Below, piece after piece: positions 12,118 to 24,191 of a stretch of 64,000 nt of DNA (its first letter is position 1; the number at the start of each line of letters is the position of its first letter). A program made the position numbers and the translations under genes. The notes beneath the pieces are model-generated. The model was given only the letters and a program-made list of their open reading frames with translations. It was not told the DNA's origin and made no database searches. This DNA is from Azolla caroliniana (taxonomy: Eukaryota; Plantae; Polypodiophyta), in the NCBI GenBank assembly GCA_043228905.1, contig JBHGNT010000007.1:11904001-11968000 (forward strand), given 5' to 3'.

Positions 12118-15100
12118 TAGAGAAAGGGTTCATCTTGCTACCAAACATTGTAAAGTTGGTAAAATCTTGTATTCGTAATACATATCATATACTTTTTTGT
12201 CTTAAATCATACTTTGTCTCTATCTTGCGTCTTGAATCATACATTGCCTCTATCTTTTATCTATACTAGTCTCTCTCTCACACATATTACTTTAAACTAT
12301 TATTCTTCATATCCTTTATCTTCCTAACATTTGCGCGCAAGCCTTATAAAAGTTCCTTCAACTCCCCTTAACCTTAGTCCCTGCGACTTCGCCGCACGAA
12401 CCACAACTACCCCGACAACGTGTTGCACGTTTCGACAATCACGAAGAACTTGGTCTCGGTCGGACAGATCGTCGACCAAGGGATGGAGGTTCGGTTTACA
12501 CACCTCGGGTGCTTCATTGAGGAAGAAGGCCGTGTTATTGTGCAAGGGCGCAGAAACGGGAGGATGTTCATCCTCGACTCCACTGACGGCGGCACCGCAA
12601 TGTTCGCGAAGGGACAAAAGACCGAGTCGGACATCGACTTGTGGCACAAGCGGATAGGCCACGTCAACTACCAACGGCTTCAAGATCTGCAAACGAAACA
12701 AGTAGTGTTCGGTTTGCCCAAATTTAGTGGCCGAAAGGCACAAATTTGTGAAGCCTGCCAACTTGGCAAGCAACACCGACTTCCCTTCCCCAACGAGCGA
12801 AACCGGAGCCGGAACAAGCTCGACCTTATACACTCCGATGTATGGGGGCCGGCACAAAACGTTAGTCTTGGCGGAGCCGATATTTCGTCTCCTTCATCGA
12901 CGACCACACGCGGCACACGTGGATCTACCTCATTGAGAGGAAGAGCGAAGACTTCGACTGTTTCCGGGACCTCAAAGGGTTCGTGGAAGCCGAAACGGGA
13001 TGAAAGATCAAGTGCCTGTAGTCGGATGGAGGAAAAGAGTACTTTTCCAGTCAATTCAACGGTTACCTACAACAAATGGGAATTCGCCGCGAATTCAGTT
13101 GTAGATACACGCCAGAGCAGAACGGCGTGGCCGAGAGAAAGAATCGGTCAGTTGTGGAAGCGGCACGGGCAATGCTGGAGGAGAAGAGCTTGCCCAAGTT
13201 CTACTGGGCTGAGGCGGTAAGGACCGCGGTATACGTCCAGAACCGGATTGGAGACAAAGTGTCGGCGCACGAGCTATATTTCGGAACGAAGCCGAACTGT
13301 CGACACTTGAGGGTGTTCGGTAGCATTGCGTATGTGCATGTACCGAAGGAGAAAAGGAGGAAGCTGGACGCAAAGGCTGAGAAGTGCATCTTGGTCGGTT
13401 ACTCGGACGAGCAGAAGGGTTATAAGTGCTATAACCCTCGCACCAAACAAGCGTGTGTCAGCCGCGACATTGTGTTTGACGAGTCCGCGTCCTGGTACCT
13501 GCCCCCGACTCGGAACCCCGACTCCAATATGAGATCTGACGATGAGGTCAGCGAGGCTGAGATGCCTCCGGATGAGCCAGAAATCGAGACCCGCGAAGAG
13601 AGTCTAATTTCACTCCGGTTAAGTGGACCAATTGGACGACTAAGTCGGTATGACCAGTCTGATGAAGAGCCGGCGAGTAGTGGAGACTCGGCCGTGCATT
13701 CCCCGCACAGGAAGCCGAGGAGACGGCTTACGCGCGAGGAGAGAGGGAAGACAAAGGTGTCGGATTCCGGCACGGAAAGGAACGAGTCAGACCGACGCGA
13801 GTCCGACTCCGAGGGAACCGGTGACGGGTCTTTAAAGGTGAAGGTTGCGTTGACTGAGAAGGCCTCGACATCGGCTAATGTGAGATTACGCCGATCTACC
13901 TGCCAGAAGAACCCAGTTGTGCGGTTCAGATACAACGAGTACATGGCGCATCATTATGCGTACATGACCCGTGTAGCGGAAGTGCGTGAGCCGGAGAGCT
14001 ACGCAGACGCGGTGAAAGACGCAAATTGGCGCGCCGCGATGGAGGAAGAGATGCACGCATTGGCGGAGAACGAGACCTAGGACCTGGTTGACACACCGAA
14101 GGGTGTGAAGCCGATCGGGTGTAGATGGGTGTACAAAGTCAAGTACAACATCGATGGCTCAGTCAACTGGTACAAGGCTCGGCTAGTAGCAAAGGGCTAC
14201 GCGCAGAAACACGGCATCGACTACGATGAGACGTTTGCGCCGGTCGCGAAAATGACGACCGTCCGTGTTTTGCTCACAGTAGCTGCGGCCAAGGGGTGGC
14301 ACTTACATCAGATGGATGTAAAGAATGCGTTCCTGCAAGGTGACCTTGAGGAACAGGTGTACATGGTACAGCCCCCCGGATTTCACTCTGGAACGAACTC
14401 CTCGGCAGTATGCGGACTGAAGAAGTCCCTTTACGGACTGAAGCAAGCCCCGCGTGCCTGGAACGCGAAGATCACGCAACAACTGCGTCGGATGGGCTTC
14501 GTCACGTCAAAATCAGACTCTTCCTTGTTCATCCGAAAAGGTCGACTCGGACCGGTTAGTATTTTACTATATGTTGATGACTTGGTCATCACCGGCGCCG
14601 ACCTCGGTGAAATCGACCGCGTGAAGCTCCAGCTTGCGGCATCGTTCGACATGAAGGATCTGGGGGACCTTAATTACTTCCTTGGGTTCGAAGTGATCCG
14701 TACCCCCGAAGGCATATTGATCAGCCAACGTCACTACGTGCTGAGTATGCTCTTCAAATTCAGGATGGCCGACTGTAAGTCCGTCTCGACTCCTCTGGAT
14801 AGAACCGTGAAGCTTCGTCCCGATACGGGAAAGGTATGCGACCTGACGAGGTTCCGACAAATTGTCAGAAGCCTCATATACTTAACCATCACCCGACCCA
14901 ACCTCAGTTATCCGGTTAGGGTGATTAGTTAGTTCATGGCGCGACCTACCGAGGAGCACCTTCAGTGTGCGCAACGCGTACTTCAGTACGTAAGCGGCAC
15001 AAAGGACCGGGGACTGCTATATCGGACCAGTGCAGCCGCGCAGTTAGTCGACTTCACCGATGCTGATTGGGCTGGCAACGCCGCCGATCGCCGATCCACG

Positions 15101-18100
15101 TCTGGATACGCGTTCTCCCTCGGGAGTGCCGCGATCGCGTGGAGCAATAAGAAGCAGCCGACAGTTGCACTGTCGAGCACCGAAGCTGAGTACCGAGGAG
15201 CGGCTTTCGCGACATGTGAAGCCATATGGTTGAAGCGGCTACTTAAGGACCTGCAAGAGGAGGTGGCCGATCCAACGACAATCTACTGCGACAACCTCAG
15301 CAGCATCCAACTCGCGAAGAACCCTGTCTTCCACGCACGGACCAAGCACATTGAGGTGCACTACCATTTCGTCCGTGAGCATGTCCTTTCCGGTGAAGTC
15401 GAACTTCAGTACGTTCCAACGGATCGGCAGACTGCTGACATCTTCACAAAGCCTCTTGGTCTGGACAAGTTGCGTCAATTCTCAGGTGCGCTCGGGTTGC
15501 GTCACCTCGACGTGCCGAACTTGAGGGGGAGAACAGTCCCGAACGACCCAGCAAGGGAGCAGGAAAGGAGCGGTGACCATGACACCGAGTCGGTTGACTC
15601 GTTTGTTGACTCGGTTAAAGACGGATCGGCTGAAGAAGCCGAGGGCGACTTCGGATCAACTGAAGAAGCCAAGGGCGGACCCGCGGAAAAGTTCGGAAGA
15701 GGACAGAAGGGGAGCAACCGAAGGAGAGAGCCGAAGCCAACCACGCATGGGGAAGATGACGCCATCGAAGGCGAGAAGACCGAAGACGAGTTGGAGACAG
15801 CCAACTCGAACGAGAGCGAAAACTGATCGGAGGTAGCCGAGTCGGTTCGGATGTTTGATTCAGACACGCTGAATCAACCGAGGCCCAAGCGGAAGAAAAG
15901 GCAGCAGGAGAAGCGTCAACACCGCAACATCAGAAGAGCTGATAAGGGCCGCATGAGCAGACAAGCCGACCAGAAGGGTCAAAGCGCGCGGAGTCGAATA
16001 GGTCGAGGAGCGCGAGTGAGGCGAGAAGCCAGGAGGAACCGGTGTTGTGAAGATCCCGAAGAGCCTCAAGTTGAGCTTGAGGGGGAGTGTTGAGAGACAA
16101 GCTCAACATCGGCGGGATCAGCTGAAGAAGCCGAGGACCGGATCGGTTGGGACCGATCGGTTAGGCCGAGTACATAAACCGGGAGGTCGTTAGGAAAGAT
16201 ATTCCGTGAGGAATATATTTGGGAGTTAGTGTAGGGGCTCTTGATGAGCATTGAAGTACTGTCAGTACTTCGGTCAGTCCTTCTAGGACTTGTATAAAAG
16301 TGTTCACTGAGCACGTCTTATGTACAGACTTGAGTATTATTATTGAATATAGTTTTTTGTGTCTACTCTCTCTGTCTCTCCCGCGTATACCGTGTAAGCC
16401 AAAGCTCTCCATTGAACCTGAGTTTTCTTCCTCTGTTCTGTCTTCATACCTGCTTCCGCACGCTACTTTCTACACTAGTGAATTAAATAGTGTAAGTACT
16501 AGGCATAGGTAGAAGAAGGTGTACTAGGTAGTTAAGGCATTAATAGGGATTCAGACATCGCGTAATTAGGGAGAGTTACGAGGAGAGTGAATCAGGGGGG
16601 AGAATTTAGGAAGGGAAAGCGACAAGTCATGAATGCCTTGTAACGGTCGCTCCTTGTGCTATAAAAGGGGCAACCTTTGACTATTTGCGGGATGTCATTT
16701 TGGGGGGGGAAGTAATCGAGAGAGGAAAAAGGGAACAGAGACGAGACAAGATGAGGAATCCTACAATAGATCACCAGAAGGCGCTTCCCCTGCTCGCGTC
16801 AAACGCTCGAGTGCTCCCGACCAAGGATTGACCTTTTGTGTGCCTATTCCACTTTGTGTCTGACTACTGTAGAGCCTGCACTCGACCACCGGCACCTATC
16901 CGGTTGTAATTACCCACAGCGCTACGCGCATATATTGATTAATAGAAACTCATCTACCGAACACAAGTTGTTCTTAGCATCTTTGTCTGCGCCTATGTCT
17001 ACACATGATCCTCTTACACTATCTCTCTCGTTTCGCTAACCTTCTCTGTTTAAACCGAGGTCTCAAGGCTCACGTAAACCACAGACTCTTCCTCCTCATT
17101 TCTTGATTCCTTGGTTCAAGACCCCCGCGGTCCTGCCCAACTTCTACGCATCCGCGAGGATTTCCTTGACAGCGCGCTTAAGCCTGAATCCTGCCAAATG
17201 CGTTACTAGCGGGGCTCTCCTTGGCCACATAGTCAGTAAGGAAGGGATAGCGGTCGATCCGAACAAAATCTCCACGATTACTCACGCGGAAACACCAACA
17301 AACGCGAAAGCACTCAGCCGGTTTCTGGGACAAATACGATGGCACAGTCGGATAATACGCTATTTGGTGGACTTTGCCACGCCATTACATGCCGTCGTTC
17401 ATCGGACTCCTTTCAAATGGACAGCAACGGAAGAGAAGGCGTATGATGTGCTAAAGATAATGATAACACAGGCACCCGTCGTACAGCCACCAATTTGGGC
17501 GAAGCCTTTCCACGTGTTCGTAGATGCCTCAGACATAGCAATAAGTAGCGCAGGAATGCAGCTCACAGAGCCGAATTGGTACCGGCCAGTGTACTACGCT
17601 AGTCGGAAATTATCGACGACTGAGCATAACTATTCCACAACAGAACGTGAGGCGTTGGGTATTATCTACAGCATGAATAAGTTACGGCATTATCTGCTAG
17701 GGCGGAAATTCACGTTTCACGTGGATCATTCGGCATTGCTATATTTGGTAAGAAAACAGGCGCTGACGGGGAAATTGGCTAGATGGATGCTGCTAATTCA
17801 AGAATTCGACTTTGTAATTTAGCATCGACCGGGTACGCAAAACGTGGTGGCAGATTTCTTGAGCAGACTTGATAATGGAGAAACATCGCAAAAGGATGAC
17901 AACGACTTTCCAGATGCAGACATTCTGCGTGTAGCCACTCTAGTAGAACGAACGGAAAAGACTTTTCCGGATCAGTGGCTAATGGAAATGACCTACTTCC
18001 TGACCACTGGGTTACCGCCACCCCAATTACGAACGGACGAGAATAAACGGTTGGCCGTACGGAGTCGAAATTTCTGTTTAGTACAGGACATCCTATACCA

Positions 18101-20675
18101 CAAAGGCAGTGACAGGCATCTGGAGGCGCAGAATACGGCAGGATGAGAAGGCCGCGACGTGGTTCTACGCGAAGCCCACTGTGGTACGGCGGGAGGACAT
18201 TACGCGAGCAATGTTACGGCCCGGAAAATCTGGCAAGCGGGACTTTGGTGGCCAACTACGCAAAAGGATGCGTATGAATATTGCAAACAGTGTTATTTAT
18301 GTCAACGACTAGGCTAGCCCACGGATGTCGCGAGAATGCCACACCAACCAGTGTTACCACTGGATCCTTTCCAAAATTGGGGACTAGATTTTATGGGACC
18401 CTTTTCCCCAACGGCAGCTCAAACAGGCAATAAGTATATCTTGGTGGCCACGGATTACTGTACCAAGTGGGTAGAAGCGAAACCACTTTGCGAGAATACC
18501 GCGGCAGTCACGGCGAAATTCATTTACGAACACATCTGGTGTCGTTTCGGCTGCCCTATCGAGCTCATTAGTGACCAAGGGAGTCACTTTCTGAATACGG
18601 TCATCAGCGAACTGACCCAACATTACGCTGTGGTTCACAAAAAAGTACGTCGTATTACCCACAGCCAAATGGCTTGGCAGAATCCACAAACAAAACCCTA
18701 CAAACTATCTTGAAAAAGATAGTCAATGAGAACAGAATGGATTGGGATACCAAATTGCACAGCGCATTATGGGCATACCGTACCAGCTATAAGATCAACA
18801 TACAATCAATGCCTTTCAGGCTAGCATTTGGGCTAGAGGCCGTGATGCCAGTCGAATTCCAGGTACCCAATCTGCGGATTCAACTATGAGCCCGGCTACC
18901 AGAGGGAAAATCTGAGCAAATACGGCTACAACAACTGTTGGAGCTAGGCGAAACACGGTTACGCAGTATGGCCATATTGGAGCAGGAACAGCGGCGCAAA
19001 GCATTCGTGGACCGACACCGGCATGCATGGGAAAAAGATTTTACGATTGGGAAAGCGGTATTAGTTTTCCAAACACGCATGGGGCATATGCCAGGAAAAT
19101 TAAGATTCCGTTGGACATGCCCGTACTGGATTGTGGGAGCAGAACAAGGTACATTTCAACTTGGCACGTTGGTCGGGGATGTGTTGCAACAAAAAGTGAA
19201 TGGGTTTTGCCTTAAACCTTATCTAGGACCTACACCACCTAACCCGTTCCCCGCCGGACAAGACAAAGCCGGGAAATCCGCGGAGTAAGTATGGGGCTCC
19301 ATTTGTACTATAGTGTAAAAAGAATATTGTATGTAACCGTTACGAGAAAGAAAAAAAAAAGAAAAAAAGAGAGAAGATAGCGACACTATTAAAAGGACTT
19401 AAGGCATGCACAGACTTCTAGGCCAAGAACACGCGGCACCATGATGGCTCACTGACCAATGAACCCTAGGCCACAAAAAGAAGGAAATAGAAGTTTTTCT
19501 GCACAGTACAGAAACCAACCTTCTAACTCTCATCGTTCCCCTCCCTCACCCTCTTCTCCATCCTATCACAGAGCTCAAGTTCGCCATAGCCAGCAGTCCT
19601 GACCCATTAACCACGAGCCTAACCATCCGACTATGCCGATACCTATTTTTGCCGCCCTACGTCGATGGCTCATGGAGAAACGCTTGGATGGATACATCAG
19701 AGTCACCGAGGCACCTCCCCACCCTGACGCACTGGACATCGCTAAGAAGCTCAATATCGACACGGTCACCAACACGTCCATCTGGAAAAAGCTGGACCTG
19801 TCATCACTAGGAGAAAGGCATTTCGAAATTCCTCCTGCGGAAACTTTGAAGAGATATTTCGGGCCATATTCGGCATCTGCCAAGGCATATATAGAACTAA
19901 AAAAATCCCCAACCCCTTTCTTCACGAAATAGCCAAGTTCCTGTTAGAGGTCGGATGCATACATGAAAACGCATATGGGATGCCCAAGCAGAAGGCAGAT
20001 ATCATCATTGATACCTTTGAAGGGCGCACGGTCGATTGGGGGGTCATTACAGGATCGGTGTTACGTGAAGGCCTGCACGCATATCAAGGCGGCAAAAAAC
20101 TAAGGCCTATGATACAACAGTATCTAACAATGTTATTCCCACCCCGAGGTTTGTCGACACCACAGCCCAGCAAACCCACGCCATCGTAACGCTCCGCGAA
20201 GCGAAGGTTAGCGGAGTTGGCCACCAAAGAGTGGGAGGATGAACCCCAATCCGCCCAGCCCAACATGCGAACAACACAGGAAGAGCGGGCGGAGCACAGC
20301 GAGGAAGCTGCGCAGGAGCCAGAAGCCGAGCCAAGTCAAGGGAGCCCTAGGCCGAAACGTCGGCGGCTAGACAAGAAAGATGGGCGCGGGTTAGTTAAAG
20401 ACACACTCGCGGCCATAGAGACGATGACCATGGTCGACAGCTCCGTAGCTACGGAGCCCAACACCACCTTCGAAATAATCTGGGAACCACGGCTGATCAT
20501 TACAGCCCAGTCACAGCGGGGGAAGGGCATATTTACGGTGGAAAGCGAGGTCCTGGCATATCCGGACATTCTGGACATAGCCCATGAGTTCGGCGCACTA
20601 TTACAGTTTCGAACCACTTCTGAACTCATGGAATTTTTGGCATCACAACAAATAAAAGTCTCACAACGAGCACGC

Positions 20676-21704
20676 TGTCGTGAAGATTTTCGGCAATAGT
20701 GTGAAAATCCCATAAAACGTACAAAATCGAGTATGAATCACGTAATACAATAATTGTGAAGATAACATTTTTAATATCTAAGTACAAAATGATGGAGGTT
20801 TCGAATGCACTTTATTACACGAGAAATGGACAACTAAATGTCAAGATATGAGGGTATAAAGTTTGTGAAAAGAAAAGAGAAAATTGTGAGATATCCCACA
20901 TAGGCACGACAAATACGGCTCTCATCATATATAAGGTGGAGCAAAAGATATTATCTTTGTGTCTATGTGTGGAGCATAGAGAGTTCAAGATAACTTGAAC
21001 TTAGAGTGGAGGTGGCTAGCTACTCGAAAAGGGTTTTGGCCAACCAAAACCGGACCGGCGATGGAGCCGGTGATCCGCAATCCGGCGGCAGCATGCAGCA
21101 CCAGTATCCGGCGTCGGCATCGGCATCCGGCGGCGGCATCGGTATTCGACGACGGCATCCGACGACGGTATCCGGCGAACCGGCGACTAGATAAAATAAA
21201 TATATAAAAATATATACATATTTACATATACAAGGAGGGCAAGTATAGATTCGAACCTTGCACCTCTAAATTAGGAGTCAAATGGCTTACCATTAAGCCA
21301 TGGTATTTAGTTGAAATTATATTTCTATCATTGTACTTTTACATGTAAATTCTTATCCATGAGAGCTAAAATGAGTGACATGGTTAGCATGCACCACATG
21401 TAATACTTAAGCGCCAAATGGCAAACATGCAATTTATGCATGTCTTGTACCCTCACATGCATCATATGCATGAGAGCATCTATAAAAGAGGGAAGGGGGA
21501 GGAGCAAAACACGGGTTTTTTTTTGTATGAAAATTAAGAGGAAGAAATTCGTTATCAAATCAATTGTGTAATCTCAACTTCTCTCTTTCCCAATCTATCT
21601 TAAGTACTTTCTCGCCAAAGCTTGTATCGACTCTAAATCCTTCCGGTCCAGAACCCCGGCGGTTCCGCCTCACGATCCGCGCGTAGTGACGGATCTTCAC
21701 GACA
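20676..21704 (+). mobile_element. Solo LTR of the G1 family, perfect 4-bp TSD ACGC, 12-bp terminal inverted repeat
   Basis: TGTCGTGAAGAT…ATCTTCACGACA. Start matches the G1 3' LTR at 9813. TSD 20672-20675 and 21705-21708. Confidence 0.9.
21247..21303 (-). pseudogene. tRNA-Arg-like degenerate cassette inside a solo LTR
   Basis: Minus strand TGGCTTAATGGTAAGCCATTTGACTCCTAATTTAGAGGTGCAAGGTTCGAATC: A box, anticodon-arm-like segment, B box. Confidence 0.6.
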
Positions 21705-23004
21705 ACGCGCTAACACAAACGACGGAAAGCAATGATGAGGAGCAGTTAGCTAGAGTCAGCAGACAGCGAAACGCCAGTATACGCCGAATGGGAATGGAAC
21801 TACCCCCATTAAACGTGGCCCTTGTCGAAGTTCATAGGGAACTGGCGAAGGTTAGTATGGGCGCCAAGGATATAGCGATTAAAAACAAAAATGTCTGGAA
21901 GACTATTACACTGACCCAAGCCGAGTTACAAAATGCCAACGCACGCATCGCAGAGTTGGAACGTAACGCGACAGCAGGCATCGCACAGCAAGCAGCTCAA
22001 CCAACAGCCAACGCCGCCGAGACCCTGAGAGAAGAAATTGAGGCCCAGACTGCCATTGCCTCGAAAGCGAAACAAGTCATTCAACTAGCGGAATCAAAGA
22101 TTGACCGTCTCCGCTCCGAACTTCGCTAGTCCTCGGACAGAGAAAAGGGCATCCGGGCCAAGGCCAAAAGGCAGTAAGGACCCTTGAAGAGAAACTCGCG
22201 GCGGAGGCAGCACAACACACTCAGACGAAGGAAGAAAACGCCCAATTATAGGGGAAGCGACAAAATCGGAAGCGGCGATCGCAAGACTCCAAGCCTTATT
22301 GGAGAAGAAGAAAGTATGGTTCGACGAGCAGCTTGTAGGGGAACAGGAGAGAAGGCACCAGCTCGAAATCCACCTGAACAATGAAATGGGAAACCTGGAA
22401 GAATTACATTGGAAGGAATCTCAGCTATAGGCAGGAATGAGGAGCACTTATGAAGAAGAAGTGGCAGTTAGTAAACAAGAAATCGAAAACCTCAAGAAAA
22501 CCGTAGAAGAAGCACGCAACCGTTGCCAAGCAATAACCGACAACGTGTGCATACTTCTTCAAACAAATGGGGAGAGGTTTACGACGCAATTAAAAGCGGC
22601 GCTAGACAAAGGCTGGATGGCATGGGCCGGACAAGTGGCGGAATTGCATACATACCGGGCGGACTGGGAGAACCGAAGGAAAGACGGCCGAGGGTTCTAC
22701 AAACTCAATGAAGAAAGCATTGCGGCCGTATGCGAGGACCTAACACATGACAATCACACACTAGCGGACCAACACTCCGAGGAACTCGCGCAACTACTAG
22801 AAGATTTTGGCGAAACTCAGGAGGACCTGTTTCACCAGATCGTGCAAGCCGGCAGCACGTGAACAAACGAGGAATCCATCGCAATACCAATCCCGGATAC
22901 TGCCGACCAAGAGGAACCTCAGCCCATGTCACCAAGGCTTCACGCTCGGTTGTGGAGTAGTTCCTCTCTGTAGTTGATAGTTTACGACTAGCGTAATAGA
23001 CTGG

Positions 23005-24191
23005 TGTCGTGTGGTTTTTCACACACGATATGAAAACTATGTAAAAAAATAATGAAATAATTATTTTAGATTAGATTAGTGGCTTGTTATAGAAAGATGG
23101 ATGTACTCAAGAGCTTCAAAACGCATTTTACTACATATAAAATGGATAGCTACATATCAAGTTAGGTAGGTGGACATGAAGTTTGAGAAGATAAGGAAAA
23201 TAGAATTTTGAAATATCCCACATAGATAGGAAACATTAGGAGCCAGCTATATAAGTAGATTGAGAACCATCATTTTTCATCTATGTGTTAAGAGCACAAA
23301 AGAAATAGTTGGGCTTGGGCCACTTTTGTCTAGAAGGACGGATTTGGTTAAGTTGCTCGAACCGGCCGGTGATGGAACTCAAACTGGTCGGTGATAGTAC
23401 CGAAAACTGGACGGAGCCGGCAACCGGATGGAATCGGCGATCGAACCGGAACCAGAGGGCGGCAACCGGAAACCGGATGGAGCCGGCGACCGGACGAATC
23501 TGGCGACCGGACGGAGCCAGCAACCCGAAATCAGACGGAGCCGGTAACCGAATGGAATCAACGATCGAATCGAAACCGAACGGTGACAGAACCGGAACCG
23601 GACTAGACAGATGAGGACGAACTTTACGGATTATAGGATCATGCGACTGAACTAAAGTAAAGTAAATTAAAGTAAAGGTCATGTGGAAGGAATGCAACGA
23701 AAGGTGGAGGCCATGCATAAAGTAAAGGTCATGTGGAAGGCATGCAACTAAAATTGGGGAGGCAAAGGAACATGAAAGGAGGGATCAACAAAGAAACCCA
23801 TATAAATTCCATTTTTTTTCCTACACTCATCCTGTCTCCATTTTTTATTTTCTTTTCCTTCTTAGCTCCCTTATCTTATCGAAGCCATAACACTCAAAAA
23901 CCCTAATTTTCCCTACGGAAGCCATAACACTCAAAAACCCTAATTTTCCCTACGAAAGTCATATCTCTCAAAACCGCTAATTTTTCTTTTCTATTAATCT
24001 CAGTAAACCTAAAACTTCTGAATCCCAATCTTGGGACATATTGTAATTTCTTTTCCTTTGTTAATGAAAATTATTAAATTTCTTATTTCCATTAATTGTT
24101 AAAAATATAAAAGCACGAATGTGATATCCTCTAGTAGGAGGCCCCGGGGTCCTGCCTCAAGTTCACGTATCCTCGTCGTATTTTCGCGACA
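23005..24191 (+). mobile_element. Solo LTR of the G1 family, 4-bp TSD CTGG/CCGG
   Basis: TGTCG…CGACA ends. Removing it restores WYRPVYYASRK of the minus-strand host. Shares blocks with 20676-21704; right-end motif CCCCGGGGTCCTGCC matches the G1 LTR near 17123. Confidence 0.87.

Larger units (their letters stand above)
11543..12417 (+). mobile_element. Solo LTR of the G1 family, perfect 4-bp TSD ACGT, with tRNA-like cassettes
   Basis: TGTCG…CGACA ends; TSD 11539-11542 and 12418-12421. Removing it restores Copia GKLKNVLHV. Confidence 0.88.
10353..15826 (+). pseudogene. Copia gag-pol polyprotein (several stops/frameshifts, split by a solo LTR)
   Basis: ORFs 10353-11102, 11307-11542, 12420-13220, 13076-14080, 14105-14932, 14936-15826 carry consecutive Copia domains. 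Confidence 0.93.
9894..16474 (+). mobile_element. Full-length Ty1/Copia LTR retrotransposon, decayed
   Basis: 387-bp LTRs 9894-10280 and 16088-16474, perfect 5-bp TSD CTAGT, PBS TGGTATCAGAGC (tRNA-iMet) 10281-10292, PPT 16073-16087. Domain order gag, PR (WYVDSGASNHM), INT (LWHKRIGH, QNGVAERKN), RT (LYVDD), RNase H (RTKHIEV). Confidence 0.97.
1..17171 (+). mobile_element. Gypsy LTR retrotransposon G1, 5' part outside window, decayed, interrupted by three nested insertions
   Basis: Protease IDHGSE (to 260) resumes as NLMSMDFY at 4452. RT motifs SAPYSNRWFTVPKK and PFLDD (5536-6900), RNase H YAQVKRELWG (~7335), integrase with WFGPY motif ending 9738. Purine tract AGTGGAGGTGGA 9801-9812. 3' LTR TGTCGTGAAGAT 9813-9893 continues 16480-17171 (ends TTGACA) after the Copia insertion. 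Many stops and frameshifts. Confidence 0.9.
17172..22930 (+). mobile_element. Athila/Tat-like Gypsy element (copy D): RT 3' half, RNase H, integrase, extra ORF; no 3' LTR
   Basis: LSLNPAKC…LLGHIVS, VDAS, NYSTTEREALG, WGLDFMGP, SDQG, RFRWTCPY, then the extra ORF 19633-22862. G1 is inserted into its RT at 17171/17172. Confidence 0.9.

Noticed and set aside
23340-23610. GC-rich short repeats (GGAGCCGG…ACCGGA) resembling a CRISPR-like or coding repeat
   Set aside because: No constant repeat/unique spacer structure; eukaryotic LTR-internal degenerate repeats, also seen at 21050-21190.
7599-24191. Calling the four TGTCG units Ginger/GingerRoot DNA transposons or MITEs
   Set aside because: TIRs are only 5-12 bp, the units have LTR-like anatomy, and they share start and end motifs with the PPT-preceded G1 3' LTR. 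Solo LTR is the simpler call, though not proven.
7599-24191. All five G1-family insertions share one orientation
   Set aside because: Probability 1/16 by chance; too weak.
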